Assembly: GCA_947371955.1 (NCBI GenBank)
Contig: CANBRQ010000001.1
Location: 8,313 to 72,312, forward strand
Direction: 5' to 3'
DNA: 64,000 nt
DNA from: Paracoccaceae bacterium
GTDB lineage: Bacteria; Pseudomonadota; Alphaproteobacteria; Rhodobacterales; Rhodobacteraceae
Positions 48,101 through 57,600 of this stretch are shown piece after piece (positions within the stretch are counted from its first letter, which is position 1; every line of letters starts with the position of its first letter). The notes under the pieces are model-generated. The model did no database searches, was not told the DNA's origin, and saw only the letters and a list, made by a program, of their open reading frames with translations. The position numbers were made by a program, and so were the translations under genes.

Positions 48101-48367
48101 TTATCCTCCGGCGATCATCGGCACGATGGTGCCGGTGAAGAACTGCAAAAGGGTGGTGGTCATGAAGCTCATCGAGACCCAGAAGACCACCATCATGGCG
48201 GCCACTTTCGGCACGAAGGTCAGGGTGTTTTCCTGCACCGAAGTCAGGGCCTGAAACAGCCCGACCGCAAGACCGATGACAAGGCCCACGGTCAGCAAGG
48301 GCATGGAAATCTTGACAGAAATCCACAAAGCCTCGCGCAGCGTGTCGAACAGAAGCGTGTCGTTCAT
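48101..48367 (-). CDS. fliQ: Flagellar export protein FliQ
   Basis: GLFQALTSVQENTLTFVPK. Confidence 0.95.
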   Translation of the reverse strand: MNDTLLFDTLREALWISVKISMPLLTVGLVIGLAVGLFQALTSVQENTLTFVPKVAAMMVVFWVSMSFMTTTLLQFFTGTIVPMIAGG

Positions 48368-48654
48368 ATCGGCATCCTCAGGATTTCCTGATAGGCCTCG
48401 ACCACCTTGTCGCGGACGGTCGAGACCGTTTCGACCGCCAGTTGGGAATTGGCCAAGGCCTCGACCAAAGCATGCGGATCGGCGCCACCGGTCATCGCCG
48501 ATTTTGCCGTTTGCTCACCTTTTGCAAGCGTATCCGCAAAACTTTGAACGAATTGCCCAAGCCCGCTTTCAGCAGTGCCCGGCTGCGGCGAGGGGGCCGC
48601 AGCCGCGCGCGCTTTCTCGTAGATTTGTGCCGCGTAGGAAGTTCTGACGTCCAT
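48364..48654 (-). CDS. fliE: Hook-basal body protein FliE
   Basis: VRDKVVEAYQEILRMPI C-terminus. Confidence 0.95.
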   Translation of the reverse strand: MDVRTSYAAQIYEKARAAAAPSPQPGTAESGLGQFVQSFADTLAKGEQTAKSAMTGGADPHALVEALANSQLAVETVSTVRDKVVEAYQEILRMPI

Positions 48655-48660
48655 TCTGGA

Positions 48661-49041
48661 TTACCTTCGCAACAGGTCGAACAGGCTTTGGGTCATGGAC
48701 CGCGCCTGATCGAAGATTTTGAGATTCGCCTCATAGCTGCGCTGCGCTTCGCGCGCGTCAGCGACTTCAACCACCAGATCGACGTTCGATCCATCATAGT
48801 GGCCACTCGCATCGGAGAGCGGATTGCCAGGGTCGTAGACCCGGTCGAGCGGACTTTTGTCCAGCTTTACCGGGCCGGCTTCGACCGTGCCGCTGTCGAT
48901 GTTTTCCTGAAACGACACCAGTTTCCGGTGATACCCGGGCGTGTCCACGTTTGAGATGTTTTCCGAGACATGGCGCAGCCGCGCGGCCTGCGCCTCCATC
49001 CCCGAGGCGGAATAGGACAGCGATGTGATCAGGTCTGCCAT
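48661..49041 (-). CDS. flgC: Rod protein FlgC
   Basis: SENISNVDTPGY, YDPGNP, SNVD, RSYEANL. Confidence 0.93.
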   Translation of the reverse strand: MADLITSLSYSASGMEAQAARLRHVSENISNVDTPGYHRKLVSFQENIDSGTVEAGPVKLDKSPLDRVYDPGNPLSDASGHYDGSNVDLVVEVADAREAQRSYEANLKIFDQARSMTQSLFDLLRR

Positions 49042-49044
49042 GGC

Positions 49045-49428
49045 TTACTTCCGCCCCAGACTGGCGCGCAGGATGTCGCGCGTGCTGCTGTAGACAGCCA
49101 AAGCCATGTCATGGTCCTGCCGGACCTCTGCCGATTTCACCATTTCCTTTTCGACCGAGACGGTATTGCCATCGGGCGACGTCTCGCCCCCGGATGGCTG
49201 CGGCACCGGGGTGGAAACCGTCATGGCCGAGGTGAAATGACCCGGCCTTGTGGCGCGCATGCCCCCCTCCGCCGAGTCCCGATAGACTTGCGCGAAATCC
49301 GGCAAGTCCATCGCCTTGTAACCGGGCGTGTCGGCTTGGGCCACATTGCGGGCGATCAGATTCAGCCGCGTTGCCGCGTGATCTGCCAGCGCTTCCGCCA
49401 TGCGCGTGATGCTTAGACTTTCCAACAT
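49045..49428 (-). CDS. flgB: Rod protein FlgB (FlgB-family)
   Basis: IARNVAQADTPGYKAMD, DGNTVSVEKEM. Confidence 0.9.
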   Translation of the reverse strand: MLESLSITRMAEALADHAATRLNLIARNVAQADTPGYKAMDLPDFAQVYRDSAEGGMRATRPGHFTSAMTVSTPVPQPSGGETSPDGNTVSVEKEMVKSAEVRQDHDMALAVYSSTRDILRASLGRK

Positions 49429-49451
49429 CTCGGGCTTCTCCCTCGACCTAC

Positions 49452-49466
49452 TTCACCAAGGCTTAA
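49452..49466. promoter_or_regulatory. CtrA-like box in the divergent flgB/fliI promoter
   Basis: TTCA-CCAAGGC-TTAA; GANTC sites nearby at 49471 and 49507. Confidence 0.6.
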
Positions 49467-49513
49467 GACCGAATCATTTAGAAAGGGTTAGGGCAGAACA
49501 AAGGGAGAATCCC

Positions 49514-50827
49514 GTGGCCGGTGTTTTTGATGCGTTGCTTTCCGAAATCTCGACGGTGACGCAAAAGGTCCGAATGGGTCGCGTGTCAGAGATTGGGCGT
49601 GGGACTGTCATGGTGAAAGGGCTGGAGGATGTCGCCGCTCTGGGCGACCGCGTAGTGATCGGCGCCCGGCTGGGCGGAGAGGTCGTGGCGCTGCGCCGCA
49701 ATGCCATCACGGTCCTGACCGACGAGATGGCTGAGGGATTGCAGATGGAGGCGCAGGTGCGTCTGATCGGGCAGTCCGGGATTTCTCCGGACAACAGCTG
49801 GGTTGGCCGGGTCATTGATCCCTTCGGCAACGCTTTGGATGGTAAGGTGATCTTCAAGGGCCGCACCGTGCGCCCCCTGTTGGCGCAGGCCCCTGCTGCG
49901 GCTACCCGCCGCCGTCTGGGCGAAAGGCTGCAAACCAGCGTGGCCGTCTTCGATACGCTTCTGCCCCTGGTGCGCGGCCAGCGCGTCGGCCTGTTTGCCG
50001 GTTCCGGCGTCGGAAAATCGACCCTTTTGGGCAAGTTCGCCCATGGGGTGTCCACCGATGTCGTCGTCATCGCGCTGATCGGCGAACGTGGGCGCGAGCT
50101 GCGGGAGTTCATTGAGCGTGTTCTTGGCCCGGAAGGCATGCACCGCGCCGTCGTCGTCACCGCGACCTCTGACCAATCCGCCCTCGTCCGCCGCCGCTGC
50201 GCCTGGGCCGCGATGGCGGTGGCTGAACATTTCCGTGACCAGGGTCTGCATGTTCTGCTGCTGGCTGACTCGGTGACGCGCTTTGCCGAAGCGCATCGCG
50301 AGGTGGCGCTGGCCGGGGGGGAGGAGGCTTCGTTGCGCGGTTATCCCCCGTCTGTGGCCCCGGCGATCATGGCCTGGGCAGAACGTGCCGGGCCGGGTCC
50401 GGAAGGAATGGGCGACATCACGGCCATCTTTTCGGTTCTGGTCGCCGGTTCGGATATGGAGGAGACGATTGCCGATATCTTGCGCGGCGTGCTCGACGGC
50501 CACGTCGTCATGGACCGCAAGATTGCCGAGCGGGGGCGCTATCCGGCAATTGACCTCTTACGCTCGGTCTCCCGCAGCCTGCCGGAGGCCGCCTCGCCCG
50601 AAGAGAATGACGACATCAGCTTCGCCCGCCGCCTGCTGGGTGCCTATGATCGGGCGGAATTGATGATTCAGGCCGGGCTTTACACCAAGGGGTCGGATCC
50701 GCTCATCGACAATGCCATCCGGGTCTGGCCTGCGCTCGACGGCTTCCTAGGCGAAGACGCCCCGGAGGATGGCATTCCCGGCAGCTTCCGCCGTCTGCGG
50801 GCCGCGCTCGGCCGCCGGTCAACGTGA
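49514..50827 (+). CDS. fliI: Flagellar export ATPase FliI
   Basis: Start moved to GTG 49514 (AAGGGAG upstream); GLFAGSGVGKST, IGERGRE, DSVTRFA, ERGRYPAID. Confidence 0.95.
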   Translation: MAGVFDALLSEISTVTQKVRMGRVSEIGRGTVMVKGLEDVAALGDRVVIGARLGGEVVALRRNAITVLTDEMAEGLQMEAQVRLIGQSGISPDNSWVGRVIDPFGNALDGKVIFKGRTVRPLLAQAPAAATRRRLGERLQTSVAVFDTLLPLVRGQRVGLFAGSGVGKSTLLGKFAHGVSTDVVVIALIGERGRELREFIERVLGPEGMHRAVVVTATSDQSALVRRRCAWAAMAVAEHFRDQGLHVLLLADSVTRFAEAHREVALAGGEEASLRGYPPSVAPAIMAWAERAGPGPEGMGDITAIFSVLVAGSDMEETIADILRGVLDGHVVMDRKIAERGRYPAIDLLRSVSRSLPEAASPEENDDISFARRLLGAYDRAELMIQAGLYTKGSDPLIDNAIRVWPALDGFLGEDAPEDGIPGSFRRLRAALGRRST

Positions 50828-51631
50828 CCGCATGCTGGCCCGCGTCTGCTGCATAAGGGTCAGCGCCAGCGAACTGCTGCTAGTCTGGCCGATCAGCTGA
50901 TCCGCCTCCGACCGTGTCAGAAACCTCTTGATCAGCGCATCGACCTTGGTGCTGTCCTTGAACTGGCTGATCGCACCATTGCCGAAAACGGCCTCGGCCT
51001 TGGTCTGATAGATACTCAATTGCTGATCGAGGTTCAGCGACCCGATGCTCGACGGCAGGCCAAGCGCCTTTTGAAACACCGTCGTCAAGGGAGAGTTGCC
51101 CAGAATCGTCAGCCACTTGGTGGTCTCTGTGCTCGACTTCGCGGCAAGCTCGGTCAATTCGCGCTGCGCATTCAAGGCCAGACGCAGATCGGCATCCTGA
51201 TCGCCGACCGCAGATTCGAACTCGCGGCTTTTGTAAGCCGTCACGATCTTGTTGGCAAAGGTCGAGATTTGGGTGGCCGGGATCGAAAGATCAAAACCGA
51301 AGGCCGCCGAAAACTGCTGATAGCGCTTGTCCGCCAGCCGGTTGGCTAGCGCCGTGGAGGATAGCGTGCCATCTTTCAGGATCTTCTTGATAAAGGCCTT
51401 GTTGTCGATGTCGAAATCCAGCCCGAACGCACCCAGAGCGACTTTCAGAAGCCTTCGGTCGCCCACCAATTGATCCGCCGTCTTCACCGACCCGATCTTG
51501 GCGCGAAAATAGTCCTCGTCGCGCAGGATTTCGGGGGATTTGTTGAAGGCGGCGGTCTGCACCTTCATGGTCCGGTTCAACAGGGTCCAGCCCGCGTAGC
51601 CGGACAAGGGAAGGACCGGAGCATAGGTCAT
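50819..51631 (-). CDS. DUF1217-family flagellar-cluster protein
   Basis: YFRAKIGSVKTADQLVGDRRLLKVALGAFGL, LADKRY; usual position after flbT. Confidence 0.82.
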   Translation of the reverse strand: MTYAPVLPLSGYAGWTLLNRTMKVQTAAFNKSPEILRDEDYFRAKIGSVKTADQLVGDRRLLKVALGAFGLDFDIDNKAFIKKILKDGTLSSTALANRLADKRYQQFSAAFGFDLSIPATQISTFANKIVTAYKSREFESAVGDQDADLRLALNAQRELTELAAKSSTETTKWLTILGNSPLTTVFQKALGLPSSIGSLNLDQQLSIYQTKAEAVFGNGAISQFKDSTKVDALIKRFLTRSEADQLIGQTSSSSLALTLMQQTRASMRSR

Positions 51632-52032
51632 CTGGGCGCCGCGGCGAACAGCCGTTCTTCGCGCGGCAGCAGGGACCGCAGAGCTTTCAGGGCCTGATAA
51701 TGCTGATCCTCCAGCACGGCCTTGGTGGCGATGTTCAGCTGGGTTCGGCTGTCATGGTCGGTCAGAACCTGGCTCAACTGTTCGATACCGCGCAGAAGTT
51801 GCGGTCGCGTGTCGTCGGCAGAGGCGTCGCCGGTCAGGACAAGCTGCGCGATGTAGCAGACGCGCTTGACCGGGGTATTCGCCTCTTGCGGGTGGATCGC
51901 ATCGCGCAGCCGCAGGATATTGGCGTTGGGCGTCATGATGGCAAGGCGCGAGCGCTTGTCGCCATTTTCGACCACAGCACCGTTGATCAGGACCCTCTCA
52001 TGAGGCCCCAGTTTCAGGACCAGCCCACTCAT
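51628..52032 (-). CDS. flbT: Flagellin synthesis regulator FlbT
   Basis: LKLGPHERVLINGAVVENG, LRLRDAIHP, YQALKALR. Confidence 0.92.
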   Translation of the reverse strand: MSGLVLKLGPHERVLINGAVVENGDKRSRLAIMTPNANILRLRDAIHPQEANTPVKRVCYIAQLVLTGDASADDTRPQLLRGIEQLSQVLTDHDSRTQLNIATKAVLEDQHYQALKALRSLLPREERLFAAAPR

Positions 52033-52409
52033 GACCCGCCCCCGTCCCCGCGCAACCCGCGCATGACGGCAGTGTTGATGTCGACCAGCACTTCGACACT
52101 GGCGCGGCTTTCCAGCACGGCGCGGGTGTGGCCTGCCGTGAATTCATACAGGTAGAACAACTGGGCGCGCAGCGGCGCCGGTAGCCCGTTGCCCTTTTCC
52201 GCCACATCAGCGGCCAAGGCGGACCAGAGTTGCAGGTTGTCGGTCAGCGCGGTGGCGAGGTTGGGGAAGTCTTCCTTCCGCCGGGTCCAGGCCATCGCAA
52301 GCTTCTGCGTGCAGCGCGCGAGCAGATCGTATTCGTTGGCGCGCGCCGTGCGGACGGGGGCCTCGCGCTGGCCATAGGCCGCACGGGAATTGGTGGTCAC
52401 AGAGGTCAA
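52029..52409 (-). CDS. flaF: Flagellar regulator/chaperone FlaF
   Basis: TTG start after AAGGA; NLQLWSALAADV..GNGLPAPLRAQL, LVDINTAVMRGL. Confidence 0.9.
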   Translation of the reverse strand: MTSVTTNSRAAYGQREAPVRTARANEYDLLARCTQKLAMAWTRRKEDFPNLATALTDNLQLWSALAADVAEKGNGLPAPLRAQLFYLYEFTAGHTRAVLESRASVEVLVDINTAVMRGLRGDGGGS

Positions 52410-52452
52410 GATATGTCCTTCCGGAAATGTGCGTGGGGTTGCGCAGGCAGAG

Positions 52453-52474
52453 CCGGGGGGCTTTCACCCCCCGG
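52453..52474. other. Hairpin between the flagellin stop and flaF
   Basis: CCGGGGGG-CTTTCA-CCCCCCGG, a perfect 8-bp stem with no clear U-tract. Confidence 0.6.
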
Positions 52475-52483
52475 ATCACGCCA

Positions 52484-53707
52484 TTACCGGAACAAGGACA
52501 ACAGAGCCTGCGGCTGCTGGTTGGCGATCGACAGGGCCTGCGTGGACAGCTGCTGCTGCACTTGCAGGGCCTGCAAACGGGCCGAGGCCTCTTCCATGTT
52601 GGCATCAACCAGCGAACCGATCCCCGCCTTCATCGAGTCGGTCAGGTTGTTCACGAAGGTCTTCTGCGTATCGACGCGTGACTGCACCGAACCGAAGGCC
52701 GCGGACGCGTTGATGGCCGTCGTGATCAAGGTCTCGATATTGCCCAGGGCCGTTTTGGCATTGGCCTGAGTCGAAACGTCCAGCGCTGCCAGCGCCCCCA
52801 GGCCACCGGATCCGGCGTTCGAGAACTGACCCGTCACCGCCAGGTCATTTGCACCCGCGTTGGTAAAGGAAAGTTCACCCGGATTGGCACTGTCGTAGTC
52901 AACCGTCAAACCCGCGATGCCAAGCGTGTCGATCGAGTTCTTCAGGCCCATCGCGACGAGGTCCGGGACCGAGTTGTTGCCCGAGGTCACGTCAGCCGTC
53001 GTCACGGTGTAGGATGCCGTCTGGCCGCCGATCACCATGCTGACCTTGTCGCCCGCCGCCCAAGCGGTCGCGCCATCCTGGATCTTGATCGTGTCGGCAC
53101 CGCTGGTGTTGTCCAGCGACATCGAGAAGGTGTCACCCTTGGTGGACGGCACCGCAGTACCGCCCGTACCCGCAGCGAAAACGTCGTTGGCGGCATAGGC
53201 GCCAATCGACAGGTCCTGTGCGGTCACCGTGATCGAGGAGGCGGTCACCGTGTTGGCGCTGCGGTCCAGCGACGACAGGATCTTCACGCTGGCGTTCGAT
53301 CCGTCGATCAGGTTCAGACCGTTGAACTGGGCAGCGCCGACGACAGACCCGATCTGTTTGCGCAATGTGTCGATGTCGGTCTGGATTTTGCTTCTGTCGA
53401 CGTTGCTTTCCTGGGCCGCGACGATCTTGGTCTTCATCTGGGTTAGCAGATCGTTCACGGTCGACGAGGCCTGGCCCGCCACGGCGATCGTCGAGGAGCC
53501 GAGTGCCAGGCTGTCCGAAATGCTCTTGAAGCCGGCGACGTCGGCCTCCATCACCTTCGAGATAGCCCAGACGGCGGCATTGTCTTTCGCAGTCGCAATG
53601 CGCTTTCCGGTCGAGATTTGCGACGTGGTATCAGACAGATTAGCGCTGATCGACCTCATGGTCTGCAGCGCAACCATGGCATTGTTATTGGTCAGAATGG
53701 ACGACAT
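52484..53707 (-). CDS. fliC: Flagellin
   Basis: MSSILTNNNAMVALQT, AQFNGLNL, SLVDANMEEASARLQALQVQQQL, LSLFR; 407 aa with a central insertion. Confidence 0.96.
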   Translation of the reverse strand: MSSILTNNNAMVALQTMRSISANLSDTTSQISTGKRIATAKDNAAVWAISKVMEADVAGFKSISDSLALGSSTIAVAGQASSTVNDLLTQMKTKIVAAQESNVDRSKIQTDIDTLRKQIGSVVGAAQFNGLNLIDGSNASVKILSSLDRSANTVTASSITVTAQDLSIGAYAANDVFAAGTGGTAVPSTKGDTFSMSLDNTSGADTIKIQDGATAWAAGDKVSMVIGGQTASYTVTTADVTSGNNSVPDLVAMGLKNSIDTLGIAGLTVDYDSANPGELSFTNAGANDLAVTGQFSNAGSGGLGALAALDVSTQANAKTALGNIETLITTAINASAAFGSVQSRVDTQKTFVNNLTDSMKAGIGSLVDANMEEASARLQALQVQQQLSTQALSIANQQPQALLSLFR

Positions 53708-53857
53708 TTCCGTTTCCTTTGCGGTCAGCCGACGCTTTGCGTACGGCCTGTTGCACCATCACTAGCGATGGCAGTAGGGCTTTCTTTCCAATGCGACCGG
53801 AAGGCCCGGAACGCGCCACCCCACCTGGGATGCGACCTTCATAAAAGCGCGGAACAT

Positions 53858-53872
53858 CTAAGAGAATCCTAA
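53858..53872 (-). promoter_or_regulatory. CtrA-like box upstream of flagellin
   Basis: Minus strand TTAG-GATTCTC-TTAG; the spacer contains GANTC (53864-53868). Confidence 0.55.
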
Positions 53873-53909
53873 TCACGCCCCGCAGAATTCGCGCCATTTG
53901 ATCTAAAGG

Positions 53910-54242
53910 TTAGTACCGCGCCGCCAACCCATGGGTGTTTTGCTGCTCCTGCTTGCGACCGGCGCGGTCGTAGGTGACCAGGCCGTTCGACACCGACTTG
54001 ATCTCGGTCAGCCGGCGGACGGCCGATCTTATCCCCCGCTGAATGGCCATCAGGGTTGCTGCATTGCGGTCTGCCTTGCGCCGGATGACCTGCAGGGCCG
54101 GCTGATCAAGCGTTTCGCTGGGATGATCCAACTCTGCCCCAAGGGCAGCGCTCAGCGCGGGCAGGGCAGCGTAGTCGCGCTTGGACAAGGCGGCGTAAAC
54201 CTCGTCCAGCAGGACAGCGGCGCGCGAATCAGTCCGCGCCAT
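53910..54242 (-). CDS. FlgN-like export chaperone
   Basis: Start moved to ATG 54242; 110 aa helical, RNAATL..IQRGIRSA, TYDRAG; follows flgJ as flgN often does. Confidence 0.6.
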   Translation of the reverse strand: MARTDSRAAVLLDEVYAALSKRDYAALPALSAALGAELDHPSETLDQPALQVIRRKADRNAATLMAIQRGIRSAVRRLTEIKSVSNGLVTYDRAGRKQEQQNTHGLAARY

Positions 54243-54513
54243 GATCGCGCCGTGCCAAAGCGTTGAAAATGTTCTGCGAAAGCCCGATGCCGCCGTGGTC
54301 AACCATGGCCTTCGCCTGGGCATCGCGCAGGAAAGAAGCAAACTGATCTTCGCCAATACCGCCCGAAAAGTCGCCCTTCTGGGCATCAAGCCCGGTATAG
54401 GAGAGCATCTCCGACAGGAAGTTCGTCTCAAGCTCCTTGGCCTTCTTCATCAGTTGGGCTGAGCGCGCCGGGCTTAGGCCGCTGACCGCGTCGGTTGATC
54501 TGGTCACTTGCAT
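54229..54513 (-). CDS. flgJ: Rod-binding protein (FlgJ N-terminal domain only)
   Basis: Start moved to ATG 54513; AKELETNFLSEML, GGIGEDQFASFL, GGIGLSQNIF; no muramidase domain. Confidence 0.8.
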   Translation of the reverse strand: MQVTRSTDAVSGLSPARSAQLMKKAKELETNFLSEMLSYTGLDAQKGDFSGGIGEDQFASFLRDAQAKAMVDHGGIGLSQNIFNALARRDHGAD

Positions 54514-54559
54514 CGGATTCTCCAAATACAGCAGATTTTCCGCACTATCCGGCCAAGCG

Positions 54560-54575
54560 GTAAACATCCGGTAAC
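54560..54575. promoter_or_regulatory. Degenerate CtrA-like box in the divergent flgJ/fliK promoter
   Basis: GTAA-ACATCCG-GTAAC. Confidence 0.45.
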
Positions 54576-54621
54576 CGATACAGAGGAAAGATCAGGCGTT
54601 GTCGGCAGAAGTCGGACCCAG

Positions 54622-57600
54622 ATGATCAGCACCGCCCAAATCGCCCAGACCCCACGTCCCGCCGCTGCGCCCCTGATGGCGCAAAACACGGCGTCCGATT
54701 TGCTGGCGTCCGACGCCTTCTCTGACGTGCTGGCACTTGTGGCCGCCGATCCTGCAGCCCCGCGGCCGCTCGGCAGTCCTGACAGGCAGCCCCAAGCGCG
54801 ACCCTTGCCCGACCTGACGTCGCCGGACCAAACCCTTCCCGTGCCACAACCACTTCCGCATCACCGCCATCCCGCCCATCTGAAACCGTCAGAGCCACAG
54901 ATGGCGTTCTCTTTGACCGATGCCATTCTCGATCTGCCGGTCAAGATTGCCGCGCCTGCCGTGCTGCCCGGGCCCGATCTGCGCCCGGCACATCCCCTGC
55001 AACTCAAGGGGGACCCTCTCTCCCACAACCCGGATTCCACCATGGCTGCGGAAAAGATCCTGCCTCTTCTTCAGGCCCTGCAGCTTCCTTTCCTTCCGAC
55101 TATCCCTCCAATCAAGGCATCAACGGTTGCCGATGCCTTATCGGACGCACAACCCATCTCGGCTGGCACTGCCGAGGAGAGGATCACCCAAGGACCTCAA
55201 GCGAGCCGCGATCCCGGGCAGAGCCTCATGGCAGCGCCCTCAGGCCCAACCGTCTCCGCCCCGACGGCGAATCCGGGGGGCGAGACCGTCGAAAGCACCA
55301 ACGCGCTCACGCCGCTTCTTCCTACCTCTGACCTCATCACACGCTCCATCGCTGGCACAGATCCACCCGCAATCCCGCCTCAGCCGATCGCGACGCAAGC
55401 ATCCGACCGCACGTCACCTCAGCCGCAGACCAATAGCGCATTTGGCGGGATGATGCTCACCAAGCCTGTCCAACACCCAGTCGCTGCAACCTTCACGGCT
55501 CCCGAGCGTCAGACTGCCACGCCCAATTCCCCGGCCGCGCCGTCGGCCGAAGCCGCCCAGCCGCCTTCGCTTGGCCCTGCGCCCACCGCCTTGCATCCTG
55601 CCACGCCCGCCCCAGAGGTGCCTGCAGCCAAACACGCCAGTGCCGCGCAATTTGCGTCCCAAGTCAATGGTTTGGCGCCGCATGCCCCGCGTGCCAGTCA
55701 ACCCCGAACCCAGGCGACAAAACCAGAGCCCGCCGCGCGTCTGAACGCGGTCGTCCAGGCAACAGCGACGCAGGGGCAAAGCCTGCCCCTTGTCCAGACC
55801 ACACAAGCCCAACCCGCAGCTGTACAGGGCCTCGCCCAAGCCGTCACAAAAGCCAGCGGATCGGTCGAGGTAACCCTGCAACGCCCCCTCCTCCATCCCG
55901 CTCTTGTCGCCGCAAAAAGCCCGCTCCAGCCCGTCCCGGCACTCTTGCCCGCAAGCCACGGTGCCTCCAAACTGCCCGTGCAGCCGTTGAACATCCCTTC
56001 CGCCCGTGCTCCGCAATCCATGCCCGCACCTAAGACCGGCGAGGGTGTCCCCCCTCCAGAGGGTGTCGAGGTCACCCGTGGCTCTTTGGCGTACCAGATC
56101 CTCATCCCATCGCAGGCGTTTTCGCGCTTCCAGACCATGCTGGATCGCACTTTGGGGGAAGGACCCTCTCCCAAACCCGCGCTTATACCCACCGCCGAGA
56201 CCGTGTTGACCAGGCCCAATGCCACGCAGATCACGGTCTCGGATGACCCAGAACCCGCCCCAGTTGTCACCACCGCGCAAACCATGCTCACCCTGCGCGC
56301 CCAGCCGGATCGGATGGTTGCGCCGCCGCTTGGTGTCGTCCCGGCACAGCCTGACCAGACTACGATCCCAACCTTGCCAGCCTCGAATCGGCATACGGCG
56401 GGCCCCATCGTGCCGTCACGCACCCAACGACACGCCAGCCTCACCGATACGGCACCTACAATGGCGGCAATCAAGCCGCTGGCTAACCTTGAAGCCTCGC
56501 CGGAGAACGCCGCTTCCGCTTCCGCTTCGGCTGAGGCCCGCGATCTGCCAACCCGGACGGAAATCCATCCTGCTCAATCGTCGGGACCGATCGGTGCTGC
56601 ATTGCACGAGCCGCCCAAGCCAGCGACCAGCCTCGGCGAAAGGCTGCCCTCTAGCGCTGTCCGAAAAGCGGAATCCCAGACGGCATGGCCCCGGCCCGTG
56701 CCGGTCCGTTCCCCCGTGAACGTGCAGCAAACGCCGGAACCGGGCACAGCGCAGCGACAGCCGCCGGAACCTGACGCGTCAGACCCCGTGACGCTCACGC
56801 CCAATCCATCCAGACCCGCATCGGCAAAACCTGCCGATGCCCCGCTGCTGACTCCGGAACCGGCGCGCACATGGCTGGCCACGGCAGGGTCGCTCGAAAC
56901 CCGCCCCGGGCTTGCCCCACAAGTGGCAGCCCGGCTTCCGTCAGCAATCCCCCCGGAGGTCCGGCTTTTGCAAGACCGCCCCGCGCAAGGCAATTCCACA
57001 GATACCAAATCTATGGCAGCGGCGATCGTCTTGGCCGCTCCTGCAAGACCGCAGCAGGCCGAGGCCATTCCTCAGGCCGCTACCCAAGTGCGGCCGGAGA
57101 CGGATTTGGCCAACCGCGCGGTGACAGCCCCCACCATCTCCGGGCCTGAGGTCGTTGCGCCTGCCTCGAGGATGATCTTGCCGATCCGCGTCAACGCCCC
57201 GCTCCAGACAGTCGGGCCCGCAGGACCCAAGCCGTCTGAACCGGCACCCAAGACATCGCCTTCTCCCATAGCCGCGTCCTTGACGACTGCGCCCCTTGGC
57301 ACCGTGCCGCAAGCTTTGGGACAAGCTGTTCCGGCGCCGACGCCAATCGCACCGGCATCGGATCGGGCTTCAGAACCTGATCTGGCGGAGGTCATGGGTC
57401 TTTCGCGCCCGACAAACAGTCAGCCGGAAAGGCCGACGCGTCGGAATAGCATGATCCCCGGCCAGTCGCTTGCTAAAGGTCCCAGCCAGACCCCGGCGCC
57501 GGTTAACACGCTGCAAGCCGCAGCCGGTACGGCGGCAGTACCGGCTCTCGGCTCTGCGACCGGAAAGGTAGCCGGGCACGGCCCGCCCATTGTCGATGAC

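Noticed and set aside
40026-54513. FlgJ without a muramidase domain plus a separate lytic transglycosylase; two fliL paralogues
   Set aside because: An already described arrangement in alphaproteobacterial flagellar systems.
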